From positions 65,596,001 to 65,660,000 of the forward strand of contig NC_082720.1 of assembly GCF_030144855.1 (NCBI RefSeq): DNA of 64,000 nt, in the 5' to 3' direction. This stretch comes from Hypanus sabinus. Lineage: Eukaryota. The notes beneath the pieces were generated by a model. That model worked only from the letters and a program-made list of their open reading frames with translations, was not told the DNA's origin and ran no database searches. The translations under genes and the position numbers were made by a program. Positions 50,900 through 64,000 of this stretch are shown in pieces. Position 1 is the stretch's first letter, and every line of letters begins with the position of its first letter.

Positions 50900-52900
50900 T
50901 CCTAAGTCCAGTGACTGTAATGTGTCTGTCTTGTTCGATGCAATCGAATCAGGTGTGATGTTTAGTTGAGCATTCAGTATCTGGTCCACATGATGTCTCC
51001 ATGATTGATCTCGAACATCCACTGTGTGAAGCAATGGTCCAGTTCTTGTAGCTACCCTACTGAGTATCTACTTATTTTCTTGGTAATTATGCCCTAGGGC
51101 TTCCTGTCCTATCTTAAAGCTGATTCACCTGGTAACTGGTTGAACTGTTTAGTGGAAGATGTGATAAATTGTCAGCATTGCTGTTTTGTTTGGTACCCTT
51201 GATCTCTATGCTGTAAGAGTGGGCTCCTAGTAACAGTGCCCAACATTGTACCCAGGTAGGAATCATCACTAGAATTCCTTTCCTGTATTGTGAAAATGGA
51301 CACAAAGGGCTGGTGATCTGCCACGAGTGTAAATTTTTGCCCATAGAGGTAGTGGTAGAACTGCTTTATTCCCCATACTAGGCTAAGGGCCTCTCAGGTG
51401 ATCTAGGTGTAGTTGTGTTCTGTGCTCATCTGGATGCAAACACGATCAGGCATTTAAATCCATCTTTCATAATGTGTGACAAAGCGGCCCCCATGCCATA
51501 AGGGGATACAATGAACACTAGTCTGAGGGACAAAGATGGGTCATAATGGGTGAGAAATTCATTTGATTTATTAGTCTGTTTTTTTCCTTGAATGCTTTCT
51601 TATCTTTCTGCCTGTTCCTACTTTGCTCCTGTCTGTAACAGTGCGCTTAATGGATGCAGCACTGTAGCAATGTTTGGGAGAAACCAGAGGTAGAAGTACG
51701 AGCTGAGTAGTGGTACATTTCCTGTTTGGGTGCTTGTAGCACTGCTTCAGTCTTTTCTTGTGACTTACATAAGCCACGCTTGTCAATGACATCTTCATAA
51801 TATGAGATTTCATTCTTCAAAACAAAAACTCACATTTCTCTCTTTGCTCGCAGACCGTACTCACTCAGCCTGGAAAGCACCTTACCAAGGTTCTGTAGAT
51901 GCTCTTCATCATTCTTGCCAATCACAATGATGTCACCAAGGTAACATTGTCTTCCTGGGATATCTTGGAGCACTTGGTCCATTGCTCTTTGCCAAATTGC
52001 TGGAGCTGTTGTGATGCCAGTTATATTGGAACAGTCCTTTTTGAGTGTTGATAATGAGGAAATTCCTGCTTAACTCCTCAATCTCTATTTGTGGATAGGC
52101 TTGTGACAAGTCAATCTTTGAAAACCTCTCTGAGTCTGCAAAAGATGCAAAACTGTCTTCTATTCATGGCAGGGGATACTGCGCAGTATGCAGCCCTGGG
52201 TTGATGCTCACTTTGAAATCCACACTTATGAGAATGGCTCTGGTCTTTCCCTTTCTTGATCACCAGGACAATGGGTATAGCTCAATCAATCCACTCAATG
52301 GTGGAGAGAATTCCAGGTGCTTCCAAGCTCTGAAGTTCAGCATCCACTTTATGGATCTATCATGTAAGGCACTGGATGTGCTTTATGGAATCTTGGTGTT
52401 GTTGCTTCATCCAGTTCAATTCTGGCCTTTATGTCATTGAGCTCAGCAAACTCCTTCTCAAACACCTTCTCATTAGCATTAAACAGCTGCACCAGTCTCT
52501 GGTCAGTGCAACCATTCGGGTGCCATTGCCTGTTGATGTCACACTGAGAGCTTTGATTGAGTGCCAGTCTAGTTGGATTTTTCTCAACCATTCACATCTG
52601 AAAAGCACTGGCTCTCCTCTTGTCAATATATGAAGCTGTAATTGCTGCGTTTGGCCTCCATAAGTCATGTACACTTTCAATTTGCCTTTGGGAGATACTT
52701 TTCTACCTGTGTAGGTCTGGAACATCACTGAGGTCTTCTCTAATGGCAGCATTGGAAACAGTCTGTTGTAGTCAGGCTCTGGAATAATGTACAGGCAAAG
52801 CTGACCCTGCATCCAGCTCCATTTTCAATTTTACAACAGACACATCTGTTGTGATCCATATGATTTGTGATCTGCTTCAGACAATGTTACCCTGACCTGT
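50900..52900 (-). mobile_element. Gypsy pol fragment (protease, RT, RNase H), decayed
   Basis: ARIELDEATTPRFHKAHPVPY, LFRCEWLRKIQLDW and GTKQNSNADNLSHLPL motifs. Confidence 0.82.
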
Positions 52901-52917
52901 TCTGTGTCTGAGATCAT

Positions 52918-53133
52918 TGATGCACCATCAATAACTCACTCTGAGACTTAAGGTGAGATATCGGCTTTTATTGTCTGGAAGAAGGAACAAGCAGTGAGTG
53001 ACCACCATACTACATCCTGGAGACTGAGAGGCCGGGCTCAGGCCTTGATCGCCTTTATACAGGGGTCTGTGGGAGGAGCCACAGGAGCAGTCAGCAGGGG
53101 GTGTTTCCAGACAGGTATATGTAGTTCACCACA
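52918..53133 (-). mobile_element. Solo LTR of the same family as 46701-46894, opposite orientation
   Basis: Reverse complement resembles 46701-46894. Flanks ATCAT/ATCAG form a 4/5 TSD. Confidence 0.88.
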
Positions 53134-53879
53134 ATCAGTGAATCAATGAGAATGGTTTGGATCTTCAGTGATGGTGAAATTGTGGATGAGAAATTATTCA
53201 TAGAACGGAAGAATGAAGGTGACTCTTTGCAGCTGATTATTCCAAAAGACAATAAAGTCTGAAGAAAATGGACATGTGTTTTGTTTAATCAAAACAGACC
53301 CAAGGTTTTTATTCAATATCGTCTTCAGGTAAGCAGTACGAGGCTTAGCTTCGAGACTTTGAGATCGCTACAGGAAACTCATGATATTTTAATGATATTT
53401 CTTTTTATATCTTGCAACATTACATGTCCTACTGCAATTAGAGATTTCTTTCAAATATTGGACATTTCTTTCATATCTCTGGGTCCATCTTATGCTTGTA
53501 AAGTTACCTCTATTGTAGCTAATCCAGGTCTCAGATGAAGGGTAGGGATCACTGCTGGCTGGTTGACCACTTACCAAAAGCTATGCTGGTACGAAGAAAG
53601 CAGTCATGAATTTCTTCAACAAGGTCTGTCCTAGCTGAGAGGTGACTTCTGAGATTTGGCAAGTGATCTGTGTTTTCTCAGGTATCATTATAAACCTTTA
53701 TTATCTATGGACAGTGTTATACAATGGGGTTGGTATTGGATGATCCTTGTTTAGTCGTTGGGTGGGACCATCCTTTCAAAGTAAAATTCCAAGGCAGTCT
53801 CAGCAAAATGCATCAAATAGATCAGATTTCTTTGCCACATGCATATCAACACACAGTGAATTGCATCTTTTGCATCACC

Positions 53880-55560
53880 AGCCAAAATTAGAACATAGGA
53901 CATAGAGCATAGACATCTAAAGCACCATCCAGACTCTATTTTTCTAAGCTCCATGTACGTATCTAAGAGTCTCTTAAATGACCCTTTTGTACTCGCCTCC
54001 ACCACCGTCACCAGCAATGCATTCCACACACCCACCACACTGTATGGAATAAAACTTACCCCTGACATTTCCTCTGTATGTACATCAAGCACCTTAAAAC
54101 TATGCCCCCTCATGTTAACCACTTCAGCCTTGGGGAAAAAAGCCTCTGGCTAATCACATGCCTCTCATCAACTTATACATCTCTATCAGGTCACCTCTCA
54201 TTTTCTGTCACTCTGTCGTTCATTTCCAGCTATCTGCAGACCTTGTATCTCAGCACATAAAACCTGATCTCCCACTTATTCACAATCATTAGAGAACTCC
54301 TCTCTCAGTGAGGCAACTAATCACTCCTAAAAGTGCAAAATTAACATGACTAACATGTTAGTCCTTCACCACTAGGAATAATTACGCTTTCATCTCTGAA
54401 AATCAGGTCATATAAGGGCCTAGCATATTCCTGATATGGAGGAAGTCAAGTTCAAGTTTGCATTTATTGTAACTAGCATACATGTATAGGGTAACACTGC
54501 TATAAAATACCCTTTTTCTTAATGTCTATACACTCAAGCATTTCATTCCGCTGTATGTCATCCCCATAATTACCGATGTCTATTTCCCTTGCAAACTCTG
54601 GTGAATACTGAAGCAAAGTATTCATTATGTACCTTTTCTACCTCCTCTGACTCCATAGGCATGTTTCCACTATCACACCTGATTGGTCCTATTCTCAAAC
54701 GGCTCACCCTCTTGCTCTTAACATTTTTGTAGAATGCCATGCGATTTTACTTAATCCTGCTTGACAAGGCCTTCTCATGGCCCCTTCTAGCTCTCCTAAT
54801 TTCATTCATAAGCTCCTTCCTAACAAACTTGTATTTTTCTAGAGCTCTATCAGTACCTAGTTTCTTGAACCTATTATAAAATTTTCTTTTCTTCTCAACT
54901 CGATTTTCTACATCCTTTGTACATCATGGTTCTTTCACCCTACCATTCTTTCCCTTGCCTTAATGGAACATACCTGTGTAGAACGCCATGCAAATGTTCC
55001 CTGAATATTTGCCACATTCTGCCAAGCATTTCCTTGAGAACATCTGCTCCCACTTTATGCCCCAAGTTCCTGCCTAATAGTATCATATTTCCCCCTACAC
55101 CAATTAAATGTTTTCCCAAATTGTCTGTTCCTGTCCTTCTCCTTTGTTATGATAAAGGAGATAGAGTTGTGATTACTACCTCCAAAATGCTGTCCCACCG
55201 AGTGATCTGACACCTGACCAGGTTCATTTCACAATACCAGATCAAGAACAGTCTCCGCTCTAATTGGATTATATATATATACAGCATCAGGAAACCTTCC
55301 TGAGCACATCTAACAAACTCCACCATCTAAACCCCTTGCTCTAAGGAGATGCCAGTCAATATTAAGAAAGTTAAAATCTCCCATCACAACATTATTATTA
55401 TTATTGCACATCCTCAGAATATGTCTTCCTATCTGCTCCTCGATAACCCTATTACTACTGGGTGGCCCCCTTTCCTCTTTCTAACTTCCACCCACACTGA
55501 CTCAGTAGATTATCCCTCCATGACTTCCTCCCCTTCTGCACCTGTGAAACTAATTGATTG
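53880..55560 (-). mobile_element. CR1 LINE fragments
   Basis: CR1 3' end at 53890-54210 and endonuclease-region fragments. Confidence 0.78.
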
Positions 55561-55599
55561 GCCTTATTTATTTCTTACATCCTTCACATACATGAGGTG

Positions 55600-57100
55600 T
55601 AAAAATCTTTATGTTACGTCTCTGTCTAAATATGCAATGTACAATCATAGTAACTTAAAATAATTTATAATAAAATAGAACAGTCAATGTAACATAAAAG
55701 TGCACTCAAATCAGGGTGAGTTAATCAGGCTGATGGCCTGGTGGAAGAAGCTGTCCCGGAGCCTGTTGGTCCTGGCTTTTGTGCTGCGGTACTGTTTTCC
55801 AGATGGTAGCAGCTGGAATAGATTGTGGTTGTGTCCCCAATGATCCTACGGGCTCTTTTTACACACCTGACCACAAAAGTACAACTGCAGATGCTATGGA
55901 TCAAAGAATACGTACACAACGCTGGAAGAACTCAGCAGGTCAGTCAGCATCCATGAGAAAAGAGTAGCCAACATTTTGGGCTGAGATGCATTGTTTCCTG
56001 ATGAAGGTTCTCGGCCCAAAATGTTGGCTACACTTTTCTCACGGATGCTGCCTGACCTGCTGAGTTTTTCCAGTGTTGTGTACGTATTCTTTTACACACC
56101 TGTCTTTGTAAATGTCCCGAAACATAGGAAATTCACAACTATAGATGCATTGGGGTGTCCGCACCACTCTGCAGAGTCCTGCGATTAAGGGAGGTACAGT
56201 TCCCATACCAGGCAGTGATGCAGCCAGTCAGGATGCTCTCAATTGTGCCTCTATAGAAAGTCCTTTGATTTGGAGGCCCATACCAAATTTCCTCAGCCGT
56301 CAGAGATGATCCACGTTGTGCCTTTATAACCACACAACTGGTGTGTACAGACTACGTGAGGTCCTTACATGTGGATGCCAAGGAATTTAAAGTCTCTCAA
56401 CTCCAGATCCATTGATGTCAATAGGGGTTAACCAATCACCAATCCTCCTTTAGTCTACAACCAGCTCCTTTGTTTTTGCAACATTGAAGGAGAGATTGTT
56501 TTCTTGACACTACTGTGTCAGAGAGATGACTTCTGCCCTGTAGGCCACTTCGTTATTGTTTGAGATTAGCCCAATCAATGTAGTGTCCTTGGCAAATTTA
56601 ATTAGCAGATTAGAGCTGTGGGAAGCAACACAGTCATGGGTATACAGGGAGTAAAGGAGGGCACTTAGTACACAGCTCTGAGGGGCTCCTGTATTGAGAG
56701 TCAGAGGGTTGGAGGTGAGGGGGCCCATTCTTACCACCTGCCAGCGATCTGACAGGAAGTCCAGCATCCAGCTGCACAAGGCAGGGTCAAGGCTGAAATC
56801 TCTGAGCTTCTTGTCGAGCCTGAATGGAACACTAATGCTGAATCATAGTCCAAGAACAGCATTCTGACATAAGCATCCTTCTTCTCTAGATGTGTAAGGA
56901 CAGTATGTAGAGCAGTGGCCATGGAGTCGTCTGTCAATCTATGATGTCAGTAGGTGAATTGTAGGGAGCCCAGTTTGGGTGGACACAAGCTGCAGATGTA
57001 ATCCTTGACTAGCTTCTCAAAGCATTTGCTTATTATTGAGGTGAGTGCATCAGGACATCAGTCGTTCAGGCATGTTACCTTGGTCTTTTATAGTATAGGG
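55600..57100 (-). mobile_element. Rex1/Babar-like LINE (same family as 43520-44990)
   Basis: [36 protein letters not shown] and FYRGTIESILTGCITAWYGNC. Confidence 0.92.
55870..56089. mobile_element. Foldback (palindromic) insertion with 13-bp TSD
   Basis: Inverted arms at about 55903-55985 and 56006-56092. TTTTACACACCTG occurs at 55857-55869 and 56090-56102. Confidence 0.85.
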
Positions 57101-58320
57101 ATAATGGTGGATAATTTTGTCTCCCTCCCTGTCCTTTTTGAAATATCAAAAGCCTGGCAAACTCAGCAGCCATTCCTTTCCCTGAGACATCCATGTCTGT
57201 GTAATGACCAAAACATCAGAGTTCCATGTTTTGATCCACTCTTTAAGTTCATTTGCCTTGTTTATAATACTCCTTGCTTTAAAATAGTCACATCTCAAAC
57301 TATCAGGTTGAATGCATCTTTGCTCTAACATCTGCCTACCCTTCTTCACAAACTCCCTACAAGCTTCTTTTGCTCCAACCTCCGCCCCCCCATCTGCCTC
57401 TTCATTTCAGTTCCCACCTTCCTGTAAATCTAGTCTAAACCCTCCCCAACAGCAATATCAAACCACCCCGCCAGGATATTGGTCCTTCTTGTACAGGTCA
57501 CAAATGCCCCCCAAGAGGCCCCAGTGATCCAGGAATCTGAATCCCTGCCCGCTGATCCAATCCTTCAGCCATGCTTTTATCTGCCACTTCATTCTATTCT
57601 TAGACTCACTGTGGCGTGGCACGGGCAGCAATTACGAGATTACTACCCTTGAGGTCTTGCTTCTGAGCTTCCTTCCTAACTCCCTGTATTTTGATTTCAG
57701 AACCTTCTACCTATGTCATTGGTATCAATATGTACCATGATCTCTGGCTGTTCACCCTCCCATTTAACAATATTGTGGATGCATTCAGAAACATCATGGA
57801 CCCTGGCACCTGGAGGCAAGCTACCATCCATGCCTCCTTTTTCATCTTCGCTTATCTGTCCCTCTAACTATAGAGTCCCCTAATACTCTTTGCCATCCTC
57901 TTTGGTTCACCTTTCTGAGCCACAGGGCCAGACTCAGTGCCAGAGGCACAGCCACACAACCCAGGTAGGTTGTCCCCAGCAACATTACTCAACATGGAGT
58001 ACTTATTGTAAAGGCGAATGGTCACAGGGGTGCTCTCCACTACCTGATGCTTTCTCTTCCCTCTCTTCACCTATTTATCTGTCTCCTGTGGCCCCAGTCT
58101 GTCTACCTGCCTGTAGCTCCTATCGATCACCTCCTCACTTCCCCTATCAAGCTGAAGGTCATCGAGCTGCAGCTCCATTCCTTAACTTTATCTCTAAAGA
58201 GCTGCAGCTTGATGCACCTGGTGCAGATGTAGCCATCAGAGAGGCTGGAAGTCTCCCGGAAATCCAACAGCTGACCCTTAGAGCAGAAAACTGGCCTTGC
58301 AGTCATACCCAATATTCTTA
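57100..58320 (-). mobile_element. CR1 LINE 5' part (ORF1 and start of ORF2)
   Basis: TARPVFCSKGQLLDFRETSSLSDGYICTRCIKLQL (ORF1 N-terminus) and WNSDVLVITQTW (APE). Confidence 0.82.
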
Positions 58321-58859
58321 AGTCAGAGGAAAAAATGCTCCTTTCAAATCAATAAAAAGATTGATAAAGAAGTAAAAAGAAAAATGAATGTAACTTATTT
58401 CCTTACTTTGCCTAGGACCGTCCTTATTGAAGCCCCAATGAACCAAAGCCCTGTTAACCTGTCTCACACTACTCTGTCAACTGTTCCTTCGACAACCCCT
58501 CTGCTAGGCAGTGTCTCCCTTTTATCCTGGAAACTTTTCATCTGCCTTGTGTGATGGCAAGATACAGCATTTGCACTCTTCTCCCAAATGAATCTCACAC
58601 TGAAACTGCTTGTATTTTAATCTTCTTAGTGACCTTGCACGATGATGAGCTTTTGCATCTCAAGATTCAGCTGAGGGTAACCCACAAGTGTTGCCATGCT
58701 TCCTCCACCAATATAGAATGCTCACAACTTACTAACTTTTACAATCCCACTAAGCCTTGAGTTACACTCTGTAGGGCTGCCCACATTGATCATGCATCTG
58801 ACACCATCTGAAACAGACACTGTCTGCTGAGCTTCATGAGGGGAAGAGGGTTCCAAGTG

Positions 58860-60760
58860 GACAGAGAGATTGATTGAAATCTGTGTTTAAATATTCCTTG
58901 AGAAGATTTAATTTACCCTTGGCATCACAGTCCATTACAGGCAAAGCCTTTGCACCATTGAGCACATTACAAGGAGCACTGCCACTAAAAAGCAGCAGCT
59001 ATCATCAAGTATCCCACTGTACAGGCCATGGTCTCTTCTTCTTGCTGTCATCAGGCAGGAGGTACAGGAGCCATAGGTCCTACACCACCAGGTTCAGGGA
59101 CAGTTATTACTCTACAGCTATCAGTCTTCTGAACCAGGCTGAATAACTTCAATCACCTGAGCACTGAACAGATTCCACAGTCTATGGACTGACTATCAAG
59201 GACTCTGTAACTCATGTTGTCCATATTATTTATTTATTATTATTTACAGTTTCTTGTTTTTTTTTGTAGTTTTTCATTGATACAATTGTATTTCTCTGTT
59301 CTACTGCAAACACCAGCAAGGTAATGAATCTCAAGGTAATATGTGGTGATATACGTACTTAGATAATAAATTTACTTTGATCCTTGTACTGTGTACTCTC
59401 GGGACTCTCTGGCCCATGGCTTCTCAAGGTGGAGAAAGTTGAGAACCTCAGTTCCCTGTGCTGGCAGCAAACAGAAGCTCTGCCTAAGCAATGGAATGGT
59501 TATAACTCCTCAGAGACTACTTGCTGACCACTGCGTCAGGTAGCTCATAACACGTCTGCCAAAGAGTCTGTGGTTTCTGCAGTGGCCTCCTTAGTCACAT
59601 CAAGTCCTGGAGTGGAATAAAGTCTTTCTCTATTCCATGGCATTGGTTAAAGAACATAAAATCTCTGGATTTAAAATGTCAGAGTCAGAAGCATGTTGTG
59701 CCAGACCTTGATAATAAGTGTGATATATTTGTTCGCAAATTAGATTTTACTTATTTCTACTGCACAGAATAACCACTGCAATTAGTCCAATAACCAGTCA
59801 ATGGCCAATTGCAAAACTTGTGGGAATTGTTTTTAAACCTAATTTGAACAGCTTTGTCCCTTTTTGATCCCTACAACATCAGCAGGACTGTGCGATTGGA
59901 AATGTGAGTGATGGATATTGATTTGAGTAGACTGTCCAGGGCAGTCACAATAACTTCACCAAAGGCCACTACAAATGGGAAAACTTGTGCCTTCGCTGTG
60001 TCTGACCACACACCTTTGCTCCAGTAATACCAGCCGTCCATTCACACATCGGCAGTAAGGACCCCTCAAGCACCTGTGATCCACATCAGGATGAGTGAAA
60101 TTCAATTATAAGGAAAACATGTACCATTCTCCCTTTAAAATAATTGGCCAAAGTATAATTGGAGAGGCAGATTGCTTTGGGAATGATTGGATGTTTTATC
60201 TCATCAACTTATTAGCTTCATGCAAAGTCAGATCAGAATTTGATTAGAATGAGTTTTATCATCTCTGAATAATATAAAGTTCATTGCTTTATTGCAATAC
60301 AGTGCAATACATAAAATAGTTTTTTAAGTTACAATAAGGAATTCTATGAAATTAATGAGTAATGCAAAGAAGAGGAAAATAGTGAGTTGGTGTTCATGGG
60401 TTTATGGACTGTTCAGAAATCTGATGGCAGAGGGTAAGGAGCTGGTTCTAAAACATTGCGTGTCTTCAGGCTCCTGAACTTCCTCCCTGATGTGACTAAT
60501 GAGAAGAGGGTGTGTCCTGGATGGTGAGGTTCCTGAATTATGGATGCTGTCTTCTAGAGGAATGACTTTTGAAGATGTACTCTGGTCAGGAGATGAATGC
60601 TCATGATGGAGCTGGCTAAGTCATCAACTCTCTGCAGCTTTTAAGGATTCTGTGCATTGGTTCCCCATACCAGATAATGATGAAACCAGTCAAAATGCTC
60701 TCCATGGTATATTTTGTAGCAATTTTCTGGACTCTTTGATACCTGGATTTGAAATATCTT
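58860..60760. mobile_element. Rex1/Babar-like LINE 3' fragments (+ at 58860-59390, - at 60240-60760)
   Basis: SGRRYRSHRSYTTRFRDSY and MESILTGFIIIWYG motifs. Confidence 0.75.
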
Positions 60761-60849
60761 ATCTGACTTGCAGAGAAATTTGCAGTGGTTTGTGGGGTAG
60801 GGGGAGGTAATAGTTCCAGTTGCAATGCCCACATGGGTATCAACAACAT

Positions 60850-62900
60850 AGACAGAATGAGTAAAGAGGTTCTGCTGAGGGAATTTGAGCAGCTAAAGAC
60901 TCAATTAAAAAGCAGAACCAAAAAAGAGGTAATCTCTGGATTACTACCTAAACCATGTGCAATTTGGCATAGGGTTATGAAGATTAGAATTAAATGTATG
61001 GGTGAAGATTGGTGTGGGAGAAGTGCATTTGAATTCATGGGAAACTGGCACCAGTATTGGAGAAGATGGGAGCTGTTCCATTGGGACGGTCTCCACATGA
61101 ACCATGATGGTTACCTGCATCCTGACAAATCACATAACTAGGGTTGCAAATAACAGGGGGGTGGGTTCAAAAGATTGGAAATGTATGGATAAAGTAAAAG
61201 AGAAAAGTCTATATAAAGATAAAGTAATAGCAAAAGTTAAAAAAAAAGTAAAGGTGGAGTGCAGAAAAGTCAAGCGCGTAAGAGACAAAGATCATTAGAT
61301 TTTCAAGGCTCAGTGAGTGTAAGGGCACTTTATCTGAATGCCTGTAATATTCATAACAATGTCAGTGAACTTGTGGCATAAATCATTATCAAGGAGTATG
61401 ATTTAGTGGCCATTACAGAAACATGGTTGCAGGGTGGAGAAGACTGAAAATTAAGTATACAAGGATACCAAAGGAAAGGGAGGCGGGGTAGCACTTTTAG
61501 TTAAGGATGAGATCAGGGGGATAGTGTGAGATGCTTTAAGATCTAAGTAACAGAATGTTGAATCCATTTGGGTAGAGATTAAGAACAGGAAAGGGACAAA
61601 GGAAAGGTTAACTTGCAGGTTGTGTTGGTGGTGAGGAAGGCAAATGCCATGTTAGCATTCATTTCTAGAGGTCTAGAATACAAGAGCAAGGGTGTGATGC
61701 TGAGGCTTTATAATGCACTGGTGATGCCTCGCCTTGAATATTGGGAACAGTTTTGGGCCCCTCATTTTAGAAAAGATATACTGGCATTGCAGAGGGTCCA
61801 GAGGAGGTTCACAAGGATGATTCCAGGAATGAAAGGTTTATCATACAAGGAAGGTTTGATGACTCTGGGACTTTAATCTCTGGAATTCAAAGGATGAGTG
61901 GGGATCAAACTGAAGCTTTTTGAATATTGAAATGCCTAGACAGAGTAGATGTGGAAAGGATGTTTCCCATGGTGAGAGAGTCTAGGACAAGAGGGCACAG
62001 CCTCAGGATAGAGGAATTTTTTTAGCCAAAGAGTGGTGAATTTGTGTTATCTGTTGCCACATGCAGCTATGGAGGCTAGGTTGTTGGATGTATTTAAGGC
62101 AGAAATTTATAGGTTCTTGATTGGAGATGGCATCAAAAGTTACAGGGAGAAGGCCTGGAACTGGGGTTGAGGAAGAGATTAAAAAAAAGTATCCGCCATA
62201 ATTGAATGGCAGAGCAGTCTCGATGAGCCAGATGGCTGAATTCTGCTCTATGTCTTATGGTCTTGTGGTTTAAAATCACTGGTGGTAGTTGTCTATTAGC
62301 CACCAAATAATAGCATTACAGTGGCACAGGCATTAAACTGAGAAATATTTGAGGCATGTAAGAATGGGACAGCAGTTATCAAGGGGGACTTTTTATTTGC
62401 ACATAGATTGGGTGAATCAAGTTGGTCAAGGCAGTCTTGAGGAGAACTTCATAGAATTCATATGTGATAGCTTTCTTGAACAGTATATTACTGAAACTAC
62501 AAGGGAACATGCTATCTTGGCTCTGGTCCTGTGCAATGGAACAGGTAGGGATCCTCTTGGTAAGAGTGATCACAGTATGTTTGAGTTCTTCGTACAATTG
62601 GAGGGTGCAATAGTTTGAACTAAAGCCAGTATATTCTGACTAAAAAAAAAGGAGACTACAATGGGATGAGGGAAGAGTTGGATAGGATAGACTGGGAATA
62701 CAGACTATATGGTGGGACAGTTGAAGGACAGTGGAAAACTTTGAAAGAGATTTTTCATGGTTGTAGTTAAAAGTAAGGACAATAAAAGTGGGGAAAGCCT
62801 GTCTTGGATAACTAAGGAAATAAAGGAAAGCAACAAACTAAAAGCTTGTGCATAGAAAGTTGCTAAGAATAGGAGGAAATTGGAAGATTGGGAAAACTTT
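60850..62900 (+). mobile_element. CR1 LINE fragments
   Basis: ORF1 esterase WDGLHMN, and KANAMLAFISRGLEYKSK..RLEYWEQFWAPH..VQRRFTRMIPG. Confidence 0.88.
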
Positions 62901-63589
62901 TAAAAAGCACCAAAGATCCACTTCAAAGCCTTCTCATCCTTAGCCTCAACATCCCTGCTATGTGTTCCATATACAGTACTGTGGTAAAGATGCCTTTAAA
63001 AATGAGTGTTCCACAGTCCCTGTGAGAATTCTCTGGAATAGGTTTGATGTTGAACCATGACCGTTGTTTGTCTGGTACTCAGGTTTCCCCATTCTCTGAC
63101 CTATCTACGGCCTACTGTTGCCTTGTGTTGAGGTGTCCTTTAGATGCTGGAGCCATAGTGCCTGAGTAGATGGGCAGGTGTGAGGTATCAAAACACTGAT
63201 CAACCCTGAAGAAATCTGTGCACAAGCACATCAAAGCAATTGAGATTGCAATGGAACTGAATGTCCCAGTGACACTGATCTCAATGAGTGCTGGAAAGAA
63301 AAACTATGCAGATGCTGGAAATCTGAAAAAAACACAGTAATAACTGGAAATTGCAGTTTAGATTGCATCTGTGAGAAGAGAAACACAATTGTTGTTTCCA
63401 GTTGAAGAGGCTTTGATAGAATCAATATACAAACTGGAACTTTAATGCAGTTTCTCATTCTAGAGATGGTGTCTGAACTGCTGAGTGTTTTCAACAGTTG
63501 CAGTTTTAATGGTACTGTTCGGATAGATTGAAATTCTAGACCAACAATCACCCTGATGTGTGCAAGACAATGACAGCACCCTATAATTC

Positions 63590-64000
63590 AGCCATAGTTC
63601 CAATATGAACTCTGACTATGAAGGGTATTCATCATTTGTACAGTTGTAAGATACACAGCCCAATCAGATCATTTCCTGATCAATCCATAGGAGCAGAATT
63701 TGGCCCTTCAGCTCATCAAGTCTGCTCTGCCATTCCATCATGGCTTCTCCTGGATTCCACTCAACCCCATACACCTGCTTTCTACCATATCCTTTGATGC
63801 CCTGACTGATCAGGAAACAATCAACTTCCACCATAAATATACATGCGAACTTGGTCTCCACTGCAGTCTGTGGCAGAGCATTCCACAGATTCACTACTCC
63901 CTTGCTAAAAAAAAATCCTCGTTACCTCTGTTTTAACAGGTCACCCCTCAATTTTGAGGTTGTGCCCTTTTTATTCTGGATACCCCCACCATCAAAAACA
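63590..64000 (-). mobile_element. CR1 LINE 3' end
   Basis: NLWNALPQTAVE..FLISQGIKGYG motif. Confidence 0.8.

Noticed and set aside
52918-53133. LTR as the 5' LTR of the adjacent Gypsy pol fragment (50.9-52.9 kb)
   Set aside because: It has its own TSD-like flanks with no PBS or gag between it and the pol fragment, so it is an independent solo insertion.
53281-53623. Possible TM exon after D4 (EISFKYWTFLSYLWVHLMLVKLPLL* in phase 1 from 53442)
   Set aside because: Weak acceptor, interrupted hydrophobicity, an immediate stop and no basic stop-transfer residues. The other frames also contain stops.
59870-59910. Possible micro-exon CAG|GACTGTGCGATTGGAAAT|GTGAGT
   Set aside because: Too short to distinguish from chance without transcript data.

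Overview
Vertebrate genomic DNA, most likely from a cartilaginous fish (ray/shark). This is inferred from the CR1, Rex/Babar-like and Penelope repeat landscape, not from a marker gene. The host locus is a + strand multi-exon immunoglobulin-superfamily gene: a signal-peptide exon at 27.1 kb and four phase-1 Ig exons at 33.3, 42.0, 45.4 and 45.8 kb. They splice into an open reading frame of about 433 codons with a CD4/LAG-3-like V-C2-V-C2 layout, a cysteine-less first domain and a WxC motif in D4. No transmembrane exon was found in the window. Decayed duplicates of D2 (6.5 kb) and D1 (34.2 kb) point to a duplicated family. Most other sequence is transposon-derived. The most notable element is a Gypsy LTR retrotransposon (1.3-3.7 kb) whose RT/RNase H/integrase core is replaced by an in-frame fragment resembling the SH3KBP1/CIN85 C-terminus. 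There is also a decayed class-I-like endogenous retrovirus (19-26 kb, minus strand) with a 2H-phosphoesterase-like domain between protease and RT, a chromodomain Gypsy element (34.7-39.8 kb), several solo LTRs with target-site duplications, and many LINE fragments. Repeat boundaries are approximate unless a TSD is quoted, and family assignments come from recalled motifs, not database searches.
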